From Octopus vulgaris (taxonomy: Eukaryota): a stretch of 64,000 nt of DNA. Location: NCBI GenBank assembly GCA_951406725.2, contig OX597815.1, positions 102,672,001 through 102,736,000 of the forward strand, written 5' to 3'. Below, one piece after another: positions 41,573 to 57,617 of this stretch. Positions within the stretch are counted from its first letter, which is position 1. Each line of letters begins with the position of its first letter. Below the pieces are notes generated by a model that saw only the letters and a list, made by a program, of their open reading frames with translations, made no database searches and was not told where the DNA came from. The translations under genes and the position numbers were made by a program.

Positions 41573-42660
<1,088 letters not shown>

Positions 42661-43004
42661 AGGTTTTGTTGTCCACACACGATTAAATATACGTTTAATA
42701 AATTCGAATAAATAAAATTAAATAGACATTATAAAAATAGATATACGTTTAATAAATCCAAATAAATATAATTAAATAGGAAATATGGGAATAAGACAAT
42801 ATAAAAAATTAAACGATTCTATAATATTAATCAAATAGGGGAATTCATATTGAAACTCTTACTGTCAACTGATGTACCTAAATAAATAAATTGACAATTA
42901 TGTTAAATAAATGAGGGCTAGAGAGCTTATTATATTCATAAGGTAAAGGAATATATATATGCATATATATGTGTGTGTGTGCGTGCATGTATATATATAT
43001 ATAC

Positions 43005-43054
<50 letters not shown>

Positions 43055-43981
43055 TGATACAGAGAGAGAGAGAGAAGTTGAGGTGCGTATTTGGAGTCAG
43101 TGATGGAATGTTGAGTTAAGTTGTGGAATTGAATTACAGTGAATAAAGTTTTGTTTTTGTTTCTTTAAAGGCTTAACTGCAATGTCGATTACGTTTTTTC
43201 GGGGCAGCAGAGAATGGTGGATACAAGGGAGAATGGGAGGAAGTATTTTGGGACAATATACCTGGTTTAGTTGCTTACATTAAACCGGACTACATAACAA
43301 TTATTGCAAGACAAAATTGCGGTGTTAAAATAGGATTAAGTCTGCCAAAAATTACAATCCATTCGACACACTTTCTTGTAATTTCTAACTACAAAATCTC
43401 ACTAATAAGGTGATGCATTTAGCAAACAGTCATAAGTGGAAGGAGACGTTTTTTGAAGAGCTAGCCTAGAGCGCTAAATATTCTATTTCCACTCCTGATA
43501 ATTTATCTAGTACAACATTATTTGTTCTTGTTTTAAAACGATAAAGAGTGATTTGAAAGAATTTAGGTTACTATATTTTGCTAAAAATTTAATCTCATAG
43601 TGATTTCCTTGCTTGTAGCAATCTTATAATGTTAATACTGGTAGTCGTTGTTTAATTCCATATTCACCTAGATCATATAAAGTTACGGAAAAAAATGTCA
43701 CAACTGTAAATGTCCCGCTTTTATAAAATTGTTTTGAAAGAAATCAGATTTGAAGATAATTTATTTATTATTTCTAGCAGGGCACGTGTACACATAGAGA
43801 TAATTTTGTCACTAATTTTGGGGTACAGTAGATACAAGTGCCTGAAATATTTTTTCCCATTGAAAATTTAACGGCAAAAGACTTGAACATTACGAACGAA
43901 ATAATTATTTAGAGTGTACAAGTTCAGGTATGCATATACACCCACATATACGTCAACATATGTATGTGTTAAAGAAATATT

Positions 43982-45242
43982 TTGGGTTGTCCGGAAAGTT
44001 CGTGCTGATTTTTAAAGGAAAGAAAAAGGTCAATAAATACTTGCCATTACATTTTTAAAAAAACAAATATGAACCATTTTGTTGCACAATGCGTCTCCAT
44101 CTATCCTTTATCTTGAAAATACCCTCTTCTCAGAATTGAGGTGGTTTCATGGCAAAGAATTCATCAAGGTATCTTTTTACGTAATCCAAGGAATTGAAAT
44201 TTTTACCATTAAAACTATTCTGCAGAGACCTAAATAAGTGGAAATCCAAAGGAGTAATATTTGGTGAATATGGATGGTGGGGTAACACATCCCAGCCGAG
44301 CTGCAGCAACTTTTGTCTGGTTCCCAAAGAAACGTCCGGTCTTGCATTATCATGTTAGAAAACAACACCCTTCCTGTTGGCCAATTCTGGAAGTTTCTCT
44401 TGAATTTCTGATTTCTGTGTGCAGTATTTCTCAGAATTAATTGTCTGGCTACTTGGAAGAAGCTCATAGTAAAGAATTCCTTTCCGATCCCACCAGACAC
44501 AAAGCAAGACTTTTTAGGGTGAACACTCGCTTTTGGTTTGGCTCAGGGTGGCTCATGTCGCTTACTCCAGGATCGCTTTCTCTTAACATTTCTGTAGATA
44601 ATCTATTTCTCATCACTTGTTACAATCTGCTTTAAAAAAGGCGCGTTTCCATTCCGTTTATAAAGCGAATCACAGATGGAAATACAATCCAAAAAGTTCT
44701 TCTCCCTCAACGCATGTGGTACCCAAACATCGTAGCGATTTATGTACCCAAGCTTTACCAGGTGCTTATGAACGACGGATTTTGATAGGTTGAGGCCTTC
44801 TGCCAATTCTCGGGTTGTGCAATGGGGGTTATTCTCTTGATTTGGTCATCATCTGTAGTCGATGATCTGCCTGATCGCTCTTTATCAATAAGGCTACAGT
44901 CTCCTACTCGGAACCTTGCGAACCACTTCTGTACAGTTCTTTCGGATAAAGAAACATCACCGTAAACTGCGCATATTTCTTTGGTTGCTTGTGGGGCATT
45001 TATCCCTTTACGGAAAAAGAAAAGCATCAAGTGCTGAAAATGAACTTTCTTATCTTCCATTTTAAAGGGTTACAGAATTAACACAGGTTATAGGAACATA
45101 AACCTTCTTCCACAAAAAGATAGCTTAAACTGTGCTCTAAATGGAGATGTAGTCAAATCCTATTTTATGGACTCAACCATGTTCTAAAATAAGTCGAAAG
45201 GTAAGCTACTATAAATCGGTATGAACTTTCCGGATGACCCAA
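43982..45242 (-). mobile_element. Full-length (about 1.26 kb) mariner transposon with frameshifted transposase
   Basis: TIRs TTGGGTTGTCCGGAAAGTTCGTGCTGATTT / AAATCGGTATGAACTTTCCGGATGACCCAA|TA. ORF pieces carry the HTH (SERTVQKWFARFR), WVPHAL, IVTSDEK and HPYSPNITPLDFHLF. Confidence 0.96.
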
Positions 45243-45939
45243 TATATCAGAATGAGATATTAGTTCACAGTTTCATACAAACATATGTGTATCTTTGTGA
45301 ACACATACCTAAATATATACATCGTTAAAGACACACACGCGCGCGCACAATTAGGCATCCGTGTAGAAATGTATATATAAATACATGCATGAATAAATGG
45401 ATGTAAATGGAAATATATACAAAAATACTAGTATGTATGTATTTGTGTGTGTAACGTACGTATCCTTTTATGTATATGCACAAATACAAGTACATATCTG
45501 TCTTGTGCATATGTGTAAATGCTTGTAAATTGCATAAATACATATATGATTATGTATAAGTATACATGTATTCCTGGATGCCAAAAAAATATGAATAACA
45601 TTGAAATATGTATTAGTATCTTAACACACGAATGCACAAGCACACAGTAGCGTGCATCTGGTCATGTGTGCCCAAATAGCCACACAATAACATCAATTGA
45701 AAATGGACCAATATATGGAAATTAATGCCCATACATGTTTCATAAAGTTCATTATAACAAATAGGGACTAAAACCCAGTAGATCCCCTTGATAAACCCAA
45801 GGATATACATTCTCAATAGCATTCAATATCTGCAAACAAAATCAAACACGCGCTACGACATTTTATTCCTATCACACATATCATTACAACCATGCGTGCC
45901 TTTAACCGTATACGTTACAAACACACACAACTCACACAA

Positions 45940-45999
<60 letters not shown>

Positions 46000-46070
46000 A
46001 TTCTTAAGAGTACAAACTTACTCTCTTATATGTAAGTGTGTACGCACACACATACTCACACACGTATGTA

Positions 46071-46318
46071 TTGGGCTGGTGCATAATTACTGCAGCTTTT
46101 GTTCAACAAATTTTATTCACCAAAAATAATAACAACATATAACAAAAACATATTTAAATGGTTATGCCGGAGCATATTCACTATCTACTTGAATTACTGC
46201 ATCCCATTTGCTTGCCAGACGGTCAGACCGTCATTTAAAGATGTTTTTGTTAAATATAATAATTGTTTTTGTTCAATAAAATTCTTCAAAAAGCCGCAAT
46301 AATTATGCACCAACCCAA
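46071..46318 (-). mobile_element. Mariner-derived MITE (248 bp)
   Basis: TA|TTGGGCTGGTGCATAATTA...TAATTATGCACCAACCCAA|TA. The centre encodes DRLASKWDAVIQVDSEYAPA*, a mariner C-terminus. Confidence 0.9.
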
Positions 46319-48064
46319 TATATGTTTTTATGCATACACACATACATACATACACACACACACATACGGACACATATATACATACATATATATGTGTGTT
46401 TTTCGATTATTGCTAGTTCTTGTTTGATTTCAAATTACAAGCAGTATGCATGTATGTGAGTATTTGTGCATGTACGAGTGTGTTTTATCTGTGTATTTGT
46501 GTGCAAAAGAGTGTGTGTAAGTGTGTGCTAGAACGGCTTTATCAATGTGCTTGCCTATGTGTATGTATGATAAATAGAGATAAGCAATATGAAAATTAAT
46601 ACAGAGTTTAATGATTTCATTCAAATGCTACATTAACCATGGATCACATTACGGCATTACAATTCTTTCAACATCCACAGGATGAAGACGATTTAATATC
46701 ATATTTTATTAACTGTCGTGTAGGCAGTAAAATTAATAATGCACACACACACACACATACACACACACACACACACACACGACTCACACATATCTAGGAA
46801 AACGCTGGATTAACCATCGAACAAATTACGTCTATCAGTTTCACCGTCTAGCAAACATCGAGTAAAACATGATATTTATTTATCGTCATTCTGAGAATGG
46901 TGCAGAAGAAATAGGATCACACTATATGGAACTTGCATGAGGTTAATTTTCTCGTTATCAAATATTATTTGAACAATAGTCGACTTACAGACCTTTTAAG
47001 GACGGAAAAGTTCATAACATCCTGGATTGTATGACATGAGTAAGCGTGATCAGAATATCGTTTGTCTTCTAACATATTTTCAATGGATATATGTTATGAT
47101 ATTTTGTTTAGTAATACCATTTTCGATTAATTCTCCACATGTTCACAGTCATACTTATAAATTTCTAATTTCATTCTTTTATGTAGAAAGACTTGGCCGC
47201 TCTTGTTTTATAGCCAATTTTGGTATGGGTAAGATGAATGGAGAATGAGTTGCGGAAAGTGTGGGAGACGGTGGGCTTCATGAAAACCCGTAGAGTGGGT
47301 ATAGCCTGAAGTGGGCATTGACACAATGTCTGAAATTCAACTATTGCCTAGTGAAACATCAAGATAGTAACAATTGGGATGAGGGGCCTGCGGTAATACT
47401 AGCTTATTATTCATGTACCGTTGGGTAAACTAGACCAACACACCTTCACTCACGTACACGAATACACACACACAGACATATATATATATACGTACTAAAT
47501 GTCTCTCGTGAGAGATTTACAAATAGAAAATTTCTATTTTATGTACCTATACATGCGTATATATATACAAAATTTAGAGGACTGATGTCGAAAAGTGGAC
47601 AGCCTATATGCTAGATATAGACGTCAAAATCGCCATTTTCCAGGAAGAATGGGTTCTCAAGAAAAAATCTCATCAAAAAAACAAAGTGTAAAAATATGCA
47701 AGACAAATGAAAATATACGAAATAAAAAACGAATACCTATGTACTTATTAGTTTCACTTGTTAATATTTACGTATATGGACACGTAAACATCTGCAAGAT
47801 CATCAGCATAGGCTGTCGTTTACAAAACACAATTTCCAGACCTAGATACAGGACGCTCAACCGAAATCCAGCATGTATAAAGTTCTACATTTTATATCTA
47901 TGAGTATCTTTCAAATGCCTTCACTTTGGCGCACTGAGATCGGAAACTACTCTGCAGTTAATAAACTACAGCAGTCAATTTACCGGTTAGAGTACATTTT
48001 TCTTATTTAAAATTAAGTAAGGGTAGAAATTGATATATATATATATGAATAAGGGTAGAATATG

Positions 48065-48097
<33 letters not shown>

Positions 48098-48182
48098 TAT
48101 CACTGTCACATAAATGTTACAGCGCTATAGTTTTTCCTGTAAGTAATGTTCTTTTAAAGACATAGAGTATAAAAACAACCCA

Positions 48183-48278
<96 letters not shown>

Positions 48279-48297
48279 ATATATATATATATATAAG

Positions 48298-48336
48298 TAT
48301 TTTACGTTTCGAGTCTACGTTCTTCGACAGAAAGGA
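48298..48336 (-). ncRNA. Degenerate minimal hammerhead-like motif
   Basis: CCTTT-CTGTCGA-A-GAAC-GTAG-ACTC-GAAA-CG-TA-AAA. Core and stem II are mismatched. Confidence 0.35.
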
Positions 48337-48597
48337 ACACAGAAATAAACAGGGAGAGAAAATAGAAAAATATTTAGTGACTAGCGATCTATCATGGCGA
48401 TCTATCTCCCATACACACATTCTAATGTGATCGCTTCCGTCTTAGGTAGAAACAAAAGTTTCAGCACTAGACAACAACACTACAAAAGATAAAATGATTT
48501 AAGCAATATTCTCCTTCATACCTAAGGAACAAATACAGTTTTTATATTTCTAGTTTATTATATAAAGAAAAGCTGTCACTATTACTTCTGATTAATT

Positions 48598-48635
<38 letters not shown>

Positions 48636-49059
48636 TGGGTGCGTGCGTGTGTTTGTGTTTGTGAATTTGTATTTACAGTAAGTATATTCCAACACCCTTT
48701 ATATCTTAGGTGTCTGGATCTTTGCACAGAATGCTGATAGTTTCTTGATAAACAACCGAGGAAAATTGGTTATAAATATTTCTATTAACTGATGGTTACA
48801 AGATAGCAAAATAAATATCTAGAAGCTTTATCTGTTGTAAAAAATATCGTTGTGAATATAAACTTATTGCAGTGCACATAAGTTATACGATAAATAATTC
48901 TTAGTTCGCTGTAATGTACATGTCCTTGCCATAATTCTGCATACCTTAACACTTTGCAATGTGGATATTGGACGCAGTTATGGCTAAGTATCTTAGAATT
49001 CGCATCACATCCATCAGGTTCGAGCTTCGTTGCCACTGTTTGGAATCTCGTGAAAGTGA

Positions 49060-49601
49060 CTTTCTAAGGAAACGTCTATAGGAGTTGTGTGAGAGCTGCA
49101 ATGTTGTATGGGAGTGAGACATGGTGTGTGTGCGTGTGTGTGTATGTGTGTGTGTGTGTGATAGAGAAAGAGAGATGGCAGTTTTGAGAAGGACTGAGAG
49201 AGCAATGGTGAGAGAAATGTATGGCGTGAGGCTGTTTGATAAGAGGAAGACTGAGGACTTGATGAGGATGCTGGGGTTGGAGGAATCAGTGGAACAGCTG
49301 GCAAGAATAAATGGAGTGTGGTAGTATGGGTATGTGTTGAGGAGGGATGAGGAGCATGTTCTGAAGCAGGTGCTAGAGTTTGAGGTAAATGGACAGCGAA
49401 AGCGAGGAAGACCGACGAAAATGTGGAGGGGACAGGTGGAGAAGGAGATTGGGAGAGCTGGCTTAAGAAGGCAGGTCGCCCAAAACTGGACAAGATGGCG
49501 AGATGATGTGAAAGCAGTTGCTATGGCATTGGGGGAGATTCGGCCACCCCCGTTAAGAGGGGGAGGGCAAAACCCGGATTCAAAATGATGGATGATGATG
49601 A
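49060..49601 (+). mobile_element. RTE-clade LINE 3' end
   Basis: KGNVYRSCVRAAMLYGSETW...LRRTERAMVREMYGV...W*YGYVLRRDEEHVLK...GQRKRGRPTKMW; ends in a (GAT)n tail; (TG)n expansion at about 49123-49160. Confidence 0.93.
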
Positions 49602-50787
49602 ATCATATTAATAATATATTTAGAAAGTTGTCTAGGAATGCATAATTCTCGGTATCCCTTTTGATGATGGATATTTGGCAATTACTTATAGCTGGTGGAA
49701 TAGTTATGAAGGGGCTCAATTCTGCTCGTACTACTGTAATTCCCTGTAGTTAATGCTATTACTAATGTCGTTCTTTACTCAAATGCAAGCCATATCCGAT
49801 GAATACATTATAAATATATTCTTTGATTATGATACCATTTTCGAAGAGCTTTCATAGCAAAACCATAACCGTAAAATTTGTTATTGTGTCAACAGTATGA
49901 AAAATAAAAGTATATACTAAATTGATATGCTTTACTCGGATATTAGAAAAGAGAAGCTGAAATACCAGTAAATAAGTACTGTTAATTTAGAAGGTTATGT
50001 TTTCAAATCCTGATTTGTATTTTTGGAAAATATAGTTAAAGTTCTGTATTGAAAATTACTTACAGATAATTAGTACATTTGCAAATCACGTGAGCATATT
50101 TCCAATTTGATCTGCTGATAAAATGTAGCAATTGGGAAATGTACTTCTATATGAGAGTATTCTGCTTCGATCTCTCATCACTACAAAGCGGACAGAAAAG
50201 CTGTCCAATTAATTTAAGTAGGAATCTAAGAGAGATAAGAAAATATAAGAGACCACTTGCACAAACGTGCGGCCACGCCCACAGACAAACGCAAACATAT
50301 ATATTTGAGTGTGTATGTGTATATTATTTGCATACTTATATATCTTATATATTTATGTATAAACATATATAAATGTACGTATGTATCTCTATATATATAT
50401 CTATCTATATATATATATATATATGTATGTATATATATGTATATATATATATTTAAATGTAATCTACTATATGTGATTGCATGAGTTTCGCTTGTTGTAC
50501 TTTAATTCCATTCTTAAGAAAGTTATCAATTATAAAATCCGAGAGATTCACACGATCATACAGTAACCAACATCCTAATAAGCATAATAATTAAATAGTG
50601 TTCAAACGAAAACTAATTAAATAATGTACTGCAATAGTATAAATATAATTAATTTACAATTTATAGTGAATAATGTAAGCATACTTTTCTCCACCGTTCC
50701 CACTCGCTCCGTTTTCGGTGTGTATGTGCTTGTGTATGCTTACACACACACTCATACAAACACACGCACACACACGCACACACACAC

Positions 50788-50854
<67 letters not shown>

Positions 50855-51943
50855 TACACATGCATTTCTGAATTCACTTATAAACCGAAGAAGGGTATTA
50901 CGTTTCCTGCATACTGTAGAAAGTACACACACACACACAGACATATGTTTGCGCGCGCGTGCATACTTTCCCTACACTCCCGAATAAACACATTTCATCT
51001 TACAGCTACTTCATCCTCCTTTCAAGATTGATTCTGTATGAAGTTGAACGATTTTGTATCCTTTGCAAAATCTTATGAATAATTTCAAACGGTCACTATA
51101 TGTTGACTAAGCTGTTTCCCCATGCCTACGTTTCTATTGGCTTTGTGTGTTAATTACGTCAACCATAGCAACCATAGCAACATTTTGATTGCATAAAGGA
51201 GAAGAGTAGTCAATGATCTGTTGATGTGCTTCCTTATTCCTGTAGCTGTGTCAGGAATGGCTTTCAGTACAGAATAGTGTTTTACGATACAGCCCCTTTA
51301 CGAAAAGCTTATATACTTATGTACTTCTATTTATAGCTTCACCAATCTAATACAATTTATTTACAGCGTTCATTTATCTTTCAATTATCTCCCTTTCTGG
51401 TTTAACTCCCAGGTAATGAATGATTTCTAATTCCATGCTTTGTATTTTTACTGTTACGATTAATCTCCGCCTAAACTCTCTCAATGGTAATGATCGTAGC
51501 TCTTTATAATTTGTGGTTCGCCATTGATAACTATCTAATATCTATAACTCCGCGAAACTCAAATGAGACATGTAGCGTCCTATGAGATGGATGACTTTAG
51601 TCTACATCTTGTCCCTACGCATAATATTAAATAATATCAAATGCATTTCTCATACTACTCTGTTTGTGCATAATGTGGTGACGAAAGTACGAAACCCTCT
51701 GACGAGAATAGACGGGGCCACTACATATAAATAGTAGCGGTCTGATGTAGACGGTTGTTCGTAGTTTGGTTATCCTATTCGATTTAATCATTTTGATCCC
51801 CGTGAGTTACATTGTTGATTACTCGTTGAATGTCTCCCGTAAGGGTGAACCTAATTGTTTAGCCTAATTGTTGAATTATAGAATCGTTCATTGCTGTTAT
51901 TTTTGCCTGTTATATTTGTTTTTTTCCCCATTTATGGATGAAG

Positions 51944-52641
51944 TTGTAAGAAAAGAAACGATGGAAAGTGAACAAGTTCCAGCCGGCAACTATGCTGCAG
52001 AAACTGCAAGAAGCTTAACTGCAGACGTTTCGAGAGGTGGAAAAGGAAGAAAAGAAGTTGAAGCAGTTCAACAAGCTTATTGAGTAGGACGGTAGCAGCC
52101 TGAGATTGACCCAGCCGCAAGATTTGACAGCGAATGTAACCAAGCGGACAGTAGTATATGGAACAATATTCACGGCAACGAAAACAATTGAAAAAGATGC
52201 TGTGGACGCATTGGAGGAGTATCTGAAGGAGGTAAAAAGCCTCACGACTTTCTATACCAGAGGGAAGAAGTACGGCAGTGTAGGTAAGGTTCGCGAGCGA
52301 ACAGGTCACAATAAACCACTCCACTGGTGCGTTAAGGTTATCAGAGTGGGTACTACTGCCGACTTACTGTGGCAAACGTGTGGCCAGATTCAGAATCGGC
52401 AGCGTGCCCCCTGAGATAGATGAGGCATGGCTGTTGGCAGCCATTATATCAAATACAGAAGAGGAAGCGAATGTTTTAAAAGTAACAAGAACGACTGAGG
52501 TAAAGTGCTGGGGATACGCCCTCGAGGTGGCGGACCAGGTCAGTTTGCAGGATTTATATAAAATTGCAGAGGAGGTCATATTGCCTGAGGAAGTGAGATT
52601 AAGAGTGGTGGTGGAGGGAAGACCTCCAATATTCTACCAGT
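51944..52641 (+). pseudogene. L1/Tx1-like ORF1 (gag-like) remnant
   Basis: Frameshifted pieces KRTVVYGTI...RGKKYGSV, LLPTYCGKRVARFRIGSVPPEIDEAWL, RLRVVVEGRPPIFYQC. It is cut at the start of the expected zinc knuckle by a SINE tail. Confidence 0.65.
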
Positions 52642-52790
52642 GTAACTTGGTGGTTCGGCAAAAGAGACCGATAGAATAAGTACTAGGCTTACAAAGAATA
52701 AGTCGTGGTGTCGATTTGCTCGACTAACGGCGGTGCTCCAACATGGCCGCAGTCAAATGACTGAAACAAGCAAAAGAGTAAATGAGAGTG
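52641..52790 (+). mobile_element. SINE family D 3' tail
   Basis: GTAACTT...GTTCGGCAAAAGAGACCGATAGAATAAGTACTAGGCTTACAAAGAATAAGTC...GGCGGTGCTCCA...ATGACTGAAACAAG; matches 29165-29295. Confidence 0.85.
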
Positions 52791-53761
52791 AGTAACAGTA
52801 ACTCAAAGTATTCTTATGGCAGTGTCCAAGGTTATGGTTCATCACAATTGTATATTGTAAATCTGTGGTTGGGCTCCAGGCAAACTGGACAATGTATAAA
52901 TAATGATCATTACATTTTTTTCTTTATTAGAGTAAATTTAGCTGACAATTGTTTCCAATAGTCCTTATATGTACATTACTGATAGGTCTATTGATCTGTT
53001 GTGAAATATTGAACGACCTAAAAAATTAATTTTGCTTTCATCAGAGCGATTTCTGGTTATAAGAAAGCAGAACGTTGAAGGATTGGTACGTGCATGGGGA
53101 AAGAAGGAAAACAGGGCCAGAGGCACATAGAATAGAGAAAAAGAATACAGGTTATAAAACGGTGAAAAGAAGAAGAAAAATAGAGGAAGGGGTAACTTAA
53201 TAGACAAAGGGTGAGGATGGCTAAAATTTGTGAAAAGAAGAGTCATAAAACATTGTTTGTAGTTAGGTCAAATCACATGAACATATTTGCATCGTTTTTA
53301 TGTTAGATATTCTCTAAATGTGTTGAAATATGGGCCATTTTATTTAGGTATGAGCAACTTCAGTTTTTAACATTTGGTCATTGGTGTCATCAAGAATAGT
53401 AGGGGAGTTGTATTAGAAAATGAATGAAATACCAGTAATAATCATAATGTGAACTAGAGGTTGAGAAAGCTCTGATTAGCTAGGATATGAAATAGATAGT
53501 TTGAAAGATGCGAAGTTGAAATGAAGTAACATCAGGGTGACTTGTTTAAAGTCAAATAACATTGGGGGCCACATGTTAATTCAAATTAGACTGATGAAAG
53601 GAGTTTAAAAGTGTTTATCATTAAATTACGGATTAAAATTTGAACTAGCGCTAAACAATTCTAAATAAACCAGTTGAATGCACCTATCACTGACGGTTCC
53701 ATAATGACTACTGGACACATCTGTTAGCCAAATTTACTCTGATAACGGAAAAATATGTGAT

Positions 53762-53800
<39 letters not shown>

Positions 53801-53801
<1 letters not shown>

Positions 53802-54222
53802 TTTTATTCTTTTATTTGTTTCAATCATTTGACTGCGGCCATGCTGGAACACCGCCTTGAAGGATTTTAGTCAAATAAATCTATCCCACGACTTATCTTT
53901 TTAAGCTTAGTACTTAATCTAACGGTTCTGTTTGACGGACCACTAAGTTACGGCGCGTAAAGACACCAACACCGGTTGTCAATCGGTGATGGGGGACAAA
54001 TACTGATACACGACGGGCTTCTTTCAGCCTCCGTCTACCAAATCCACTCAGATGGCTTTTGGCGGCCCGAAGCTCTAGTAGAAGACACTTCCCCAAGCTT
54101 CTACGCAATGAGACTAAACCCGGAACAATGTGATTGGGGGGTAAGCTCCTTACAATACAGTCACGCCTGCGTCTCCACACAGATACGCCTGCCCGCACAC
54201 AGCCACGCCTGCACCTCCACAC
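53801..54222 (-). mobile_element. SINE family D, full length, with triplicated 5' end
   Basis: The tail matches 52641-52790 and the body matches 25945-26296. The 5' unit (plus strand about CACAGCCACGCCTGCACCTCCA) occurs three times at 54156-54222. Confidence 0.88.
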
Positions 54223-56929
54223 TGTCATGTAAACTTGTATGGTTAAATGTGTGTTTGTGCATTTAATATTAGTTAGTTAACGAGATTAATACACTCATTT
54301 ACAATGCATTCACATGATATAAGCAACTGATTAAATGTGTATAGAAACAATCTTGTAGATACAATTTTATCTAAATCATTTCCCAACTTTGAATTACAGG
54401 TATCATCCATTTAGTTCGTAACCTGTAATTGGAAACATATTCTCCTCCATATCATCAAGCTATTTCTACTAGATCATTATTGATTTTATGTGTTACTCTA
54501 CACACTATGCATATGTAATGTTATATAGAATAAAGCATATTCTGATACACAGTACAAATTGTGCTATTTTACTCAAGACACATGTTATTGTACATCCCAT
54601 TGTAGGAGTATGATACATTCATGCACGTTAAGGAATACACCAGGATAGAACTGATGATATTTTTGATGCGGCATGCTATGGTACATATGATACGTGCTAG
54701 GAGAAATGCTTTGATAGGTATAACTATGCTAGCTGTTAACTTGACTATATTATCCAATGGTTGTTTGATTTGTTAAAGTTGGAAGCGTATTATTTAAAAG
54801 AAATATTTTTTCTGTTTCTATTGGGTCGAGAGAAGATGCAGATGTTCCTGCAATAGTTTGTGGTTTGGTTATAAGATATTTACACCCTGTTAGTCCTGAT
54901 CATGTAATCTTGTAATAAAAATTAATCATGTACGATCATCTTTCGCAGATGTAATCTATACAGTGTTACATTAGCCATCTTCTCAGTTTTTAATCGTGAG
55001 CAAAGCGTAATTAGATGGGTATTTGTTTGATAATTCAAAGAGGAACTGAAACCAGATAAACGCTCAATCTTCGGCTCAATGCCTTGTTGCTGTTACCGTT
55101 GTTGAATAATTTAAGGTCATCTCAAATTGAGTAGATCTTTGATCACATCCAGTCATCACCACCATGTCTTCTTATTTGGACACAATGCATCCGTGTTATA
55201 TTGTTGTATACACTCGACTGTAAATTAATTAATATTACAGATATTTAATTAACGTATAATCTGACTTTATATATAAATTTTGAGTTTATATTCAAAATAA
55301 CCATGTTAGTGCTTTTGTGAATAAACCCACCCTTCAACTTGCACTAGGTAAATGATATTGCACTAGTAGCAGTTTCTTACCATTTCTATTAGGTTTAGGG
55401 TACATGACCCAGTGGTTAGAATAATAGACTCGCGTGATTGTGGTTTCGGTTCTTGGAGCAAGTGACATATTATTTCCATGAATAAAGTTATTCATTTCAT
55501 GTTGATTCAGTGTACTCAGCTGTAATGAGTAGCAACCAAATACAAGTGTAGCCTTCTCTTCCTTCAGATATCATATTTTGGATATTCCGCTAGGTAATGA
55601 TAAAATGATATTCGCTTACAATCAAGTGTTTTGGCTTGCTTCCTTTCCGTAAATTCTGTGGATGAGACTTCAATGAATCTTGAGAAGACCATAATTACAT
55701 CACGTAATCCCACCTCATAACTTCCGCAAAGGTTGATACCTGCTCACAGTATATTTTTACAGTCACGCCAAATTATTAAACATATCGTATATGATTTATA
55801 TATGCTTATTCAAAAGAACACTGTGTTGCAACTTTTAAAGATTTCAGTTATATTTTTAAGCCAATACGGTATGTGACAAATGTATTTTGCTACTGTTTCT
55901 ACGAGATCGAATTCTCACGGAGAGATATCTTGGTGATAAAATTGCATGGCGTGTTATGCTACCTGTCTAAATACCTGCTCTGTTAGAAGCGAACGAAGGG
56001 TATTAGTTTTTTAACAAGTCAGTAATTTCAGATGATTTTCATTGTTTATATTTATAGTGTGGATATTTTGCTGCTGGTATTATTCATTTTCTTGAGAAAA
56101 GAATAAATATATTCCCTACTACATTCAACTATGCTGTGCAATATTTACTTGCTATGAGTTTATGTCAATTTCAATAAGAGAACATTCTGTTGTATATTTT
56201 CTTAATATCTTATACAATTCGTGTTTGTGAAAAATTCTTACATTATACGTGAATAATTCTTAGGACCTTATATCTTAAGTGGATACCGTGTTTAGTGTCG
56301 GCGTCGTATTGTTTCTTGCTGTCTTATTTCCACCCATGTATTCACTATCTGTATATGTATTTCTAATCTTATTTCTCCCTCTATTGACTTAGCTGATATT
56401 ATCTTTACGTAATAACTATTTTACAGACAAGCTCATTCTTAGCTTACAAATTCTCTATGGAACCTAGAAGTAATAATATATCACCGTAAACATTTAGCCT
56501 TGTAGTGGAATCTGGTAAAAAAATTACTTTGGTGTTGGTCGATTTCCAGTTTTAAAACATCTAACAGATTTTTTTCTTAAGACTTCCTCCTTAAATTCAG
56601 AAATACGCAGCTTCACGTTTGTGTGATAGTTTTAACAAAATTCAAGTGACATGTGAACAGACAAGATAGATAAAACAAGTAGCAATTCTCTGAGCATACT
56701 AAGAAACAGTTAATCCGTTACTCTACTATTTTGTGTTTATAGTAAATTTGGGAACAGCCCTTTATTCACTCTCTTCACCAATCACCAACTTCGCCTGAAA
56801 TTAACCAAAGCCTTAAGATACCTCAAACGCTCCTGGGCCGGATAATATTTCACTACACTTTGAAGGAAAATCTTTAAAAGTGCAAACGAAAGCAAGAATA
56901 TGAAAGCAAGAATTAATAAATCAACATTA

Positions 56930-57420
56930 GAATGGCATTGATATCTACATGAAAACTAGAGGCAAGTCAGTTTGGTCCAACAGTAGGTGTATAGCGTTCC
57001 TCTCAACTGCTGGGGAAACCCTAATCAGAGTTAAGCTTGTAAAGCTAATACAATCGATACTTATGACCATCGCACTGGAGTCCAAATAATCATCTCAACC
57101 TCAACACCAAGTAGCCTGTGTTTTCGCTCTCCTGTATGGTGTGAGACAAGGACCCCACATGCCAAAAGATTTAGACCCACGTGGCTGGATAATTTGCTTT
57201 TCACAAATTTTCTTCATTACTTGGTGAAGGCTTCTGCTTAGAGCACCACAATTACTAACCTATCATTCAGGAGATGATTTGACTGGCGCCATGGAGTAGA
57301 AGTTAAGGGACATAAATCTTTTGTTACATCATAGTAGTTAGACATGCTTTGCCCCTGAATTTCAATATATTTTAGTGGTATCAAGATGTGTGCTTTCCAG
57401 TACAGCTAGCTTTACTATAG
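56930..57420 (-). mobile_element. Possible very old LINE RT 3' fossil
   Basis: Higher-complexity stretch with only a faint resemblance to the Y...IRP.LEY...W region of CR1/Jockey-group elements. Confidence 0.25.
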
Positions 57421-57584
57421 CGAAAGGCGTAAATCAAGGCAGCGGGTATCTCTTCCTGTAAGAATGCGCTTAAAAGAAATCCATTACTGGGGTTATATAT
57501 TACTTCCGTTATTTTATCTCTCTATTGGTTAGTTAATTAATGAATTTATTAATTGGCATGTGAGATTTATATACGTATTCATGC

Positions 57585-57617
<33 letters not shown>

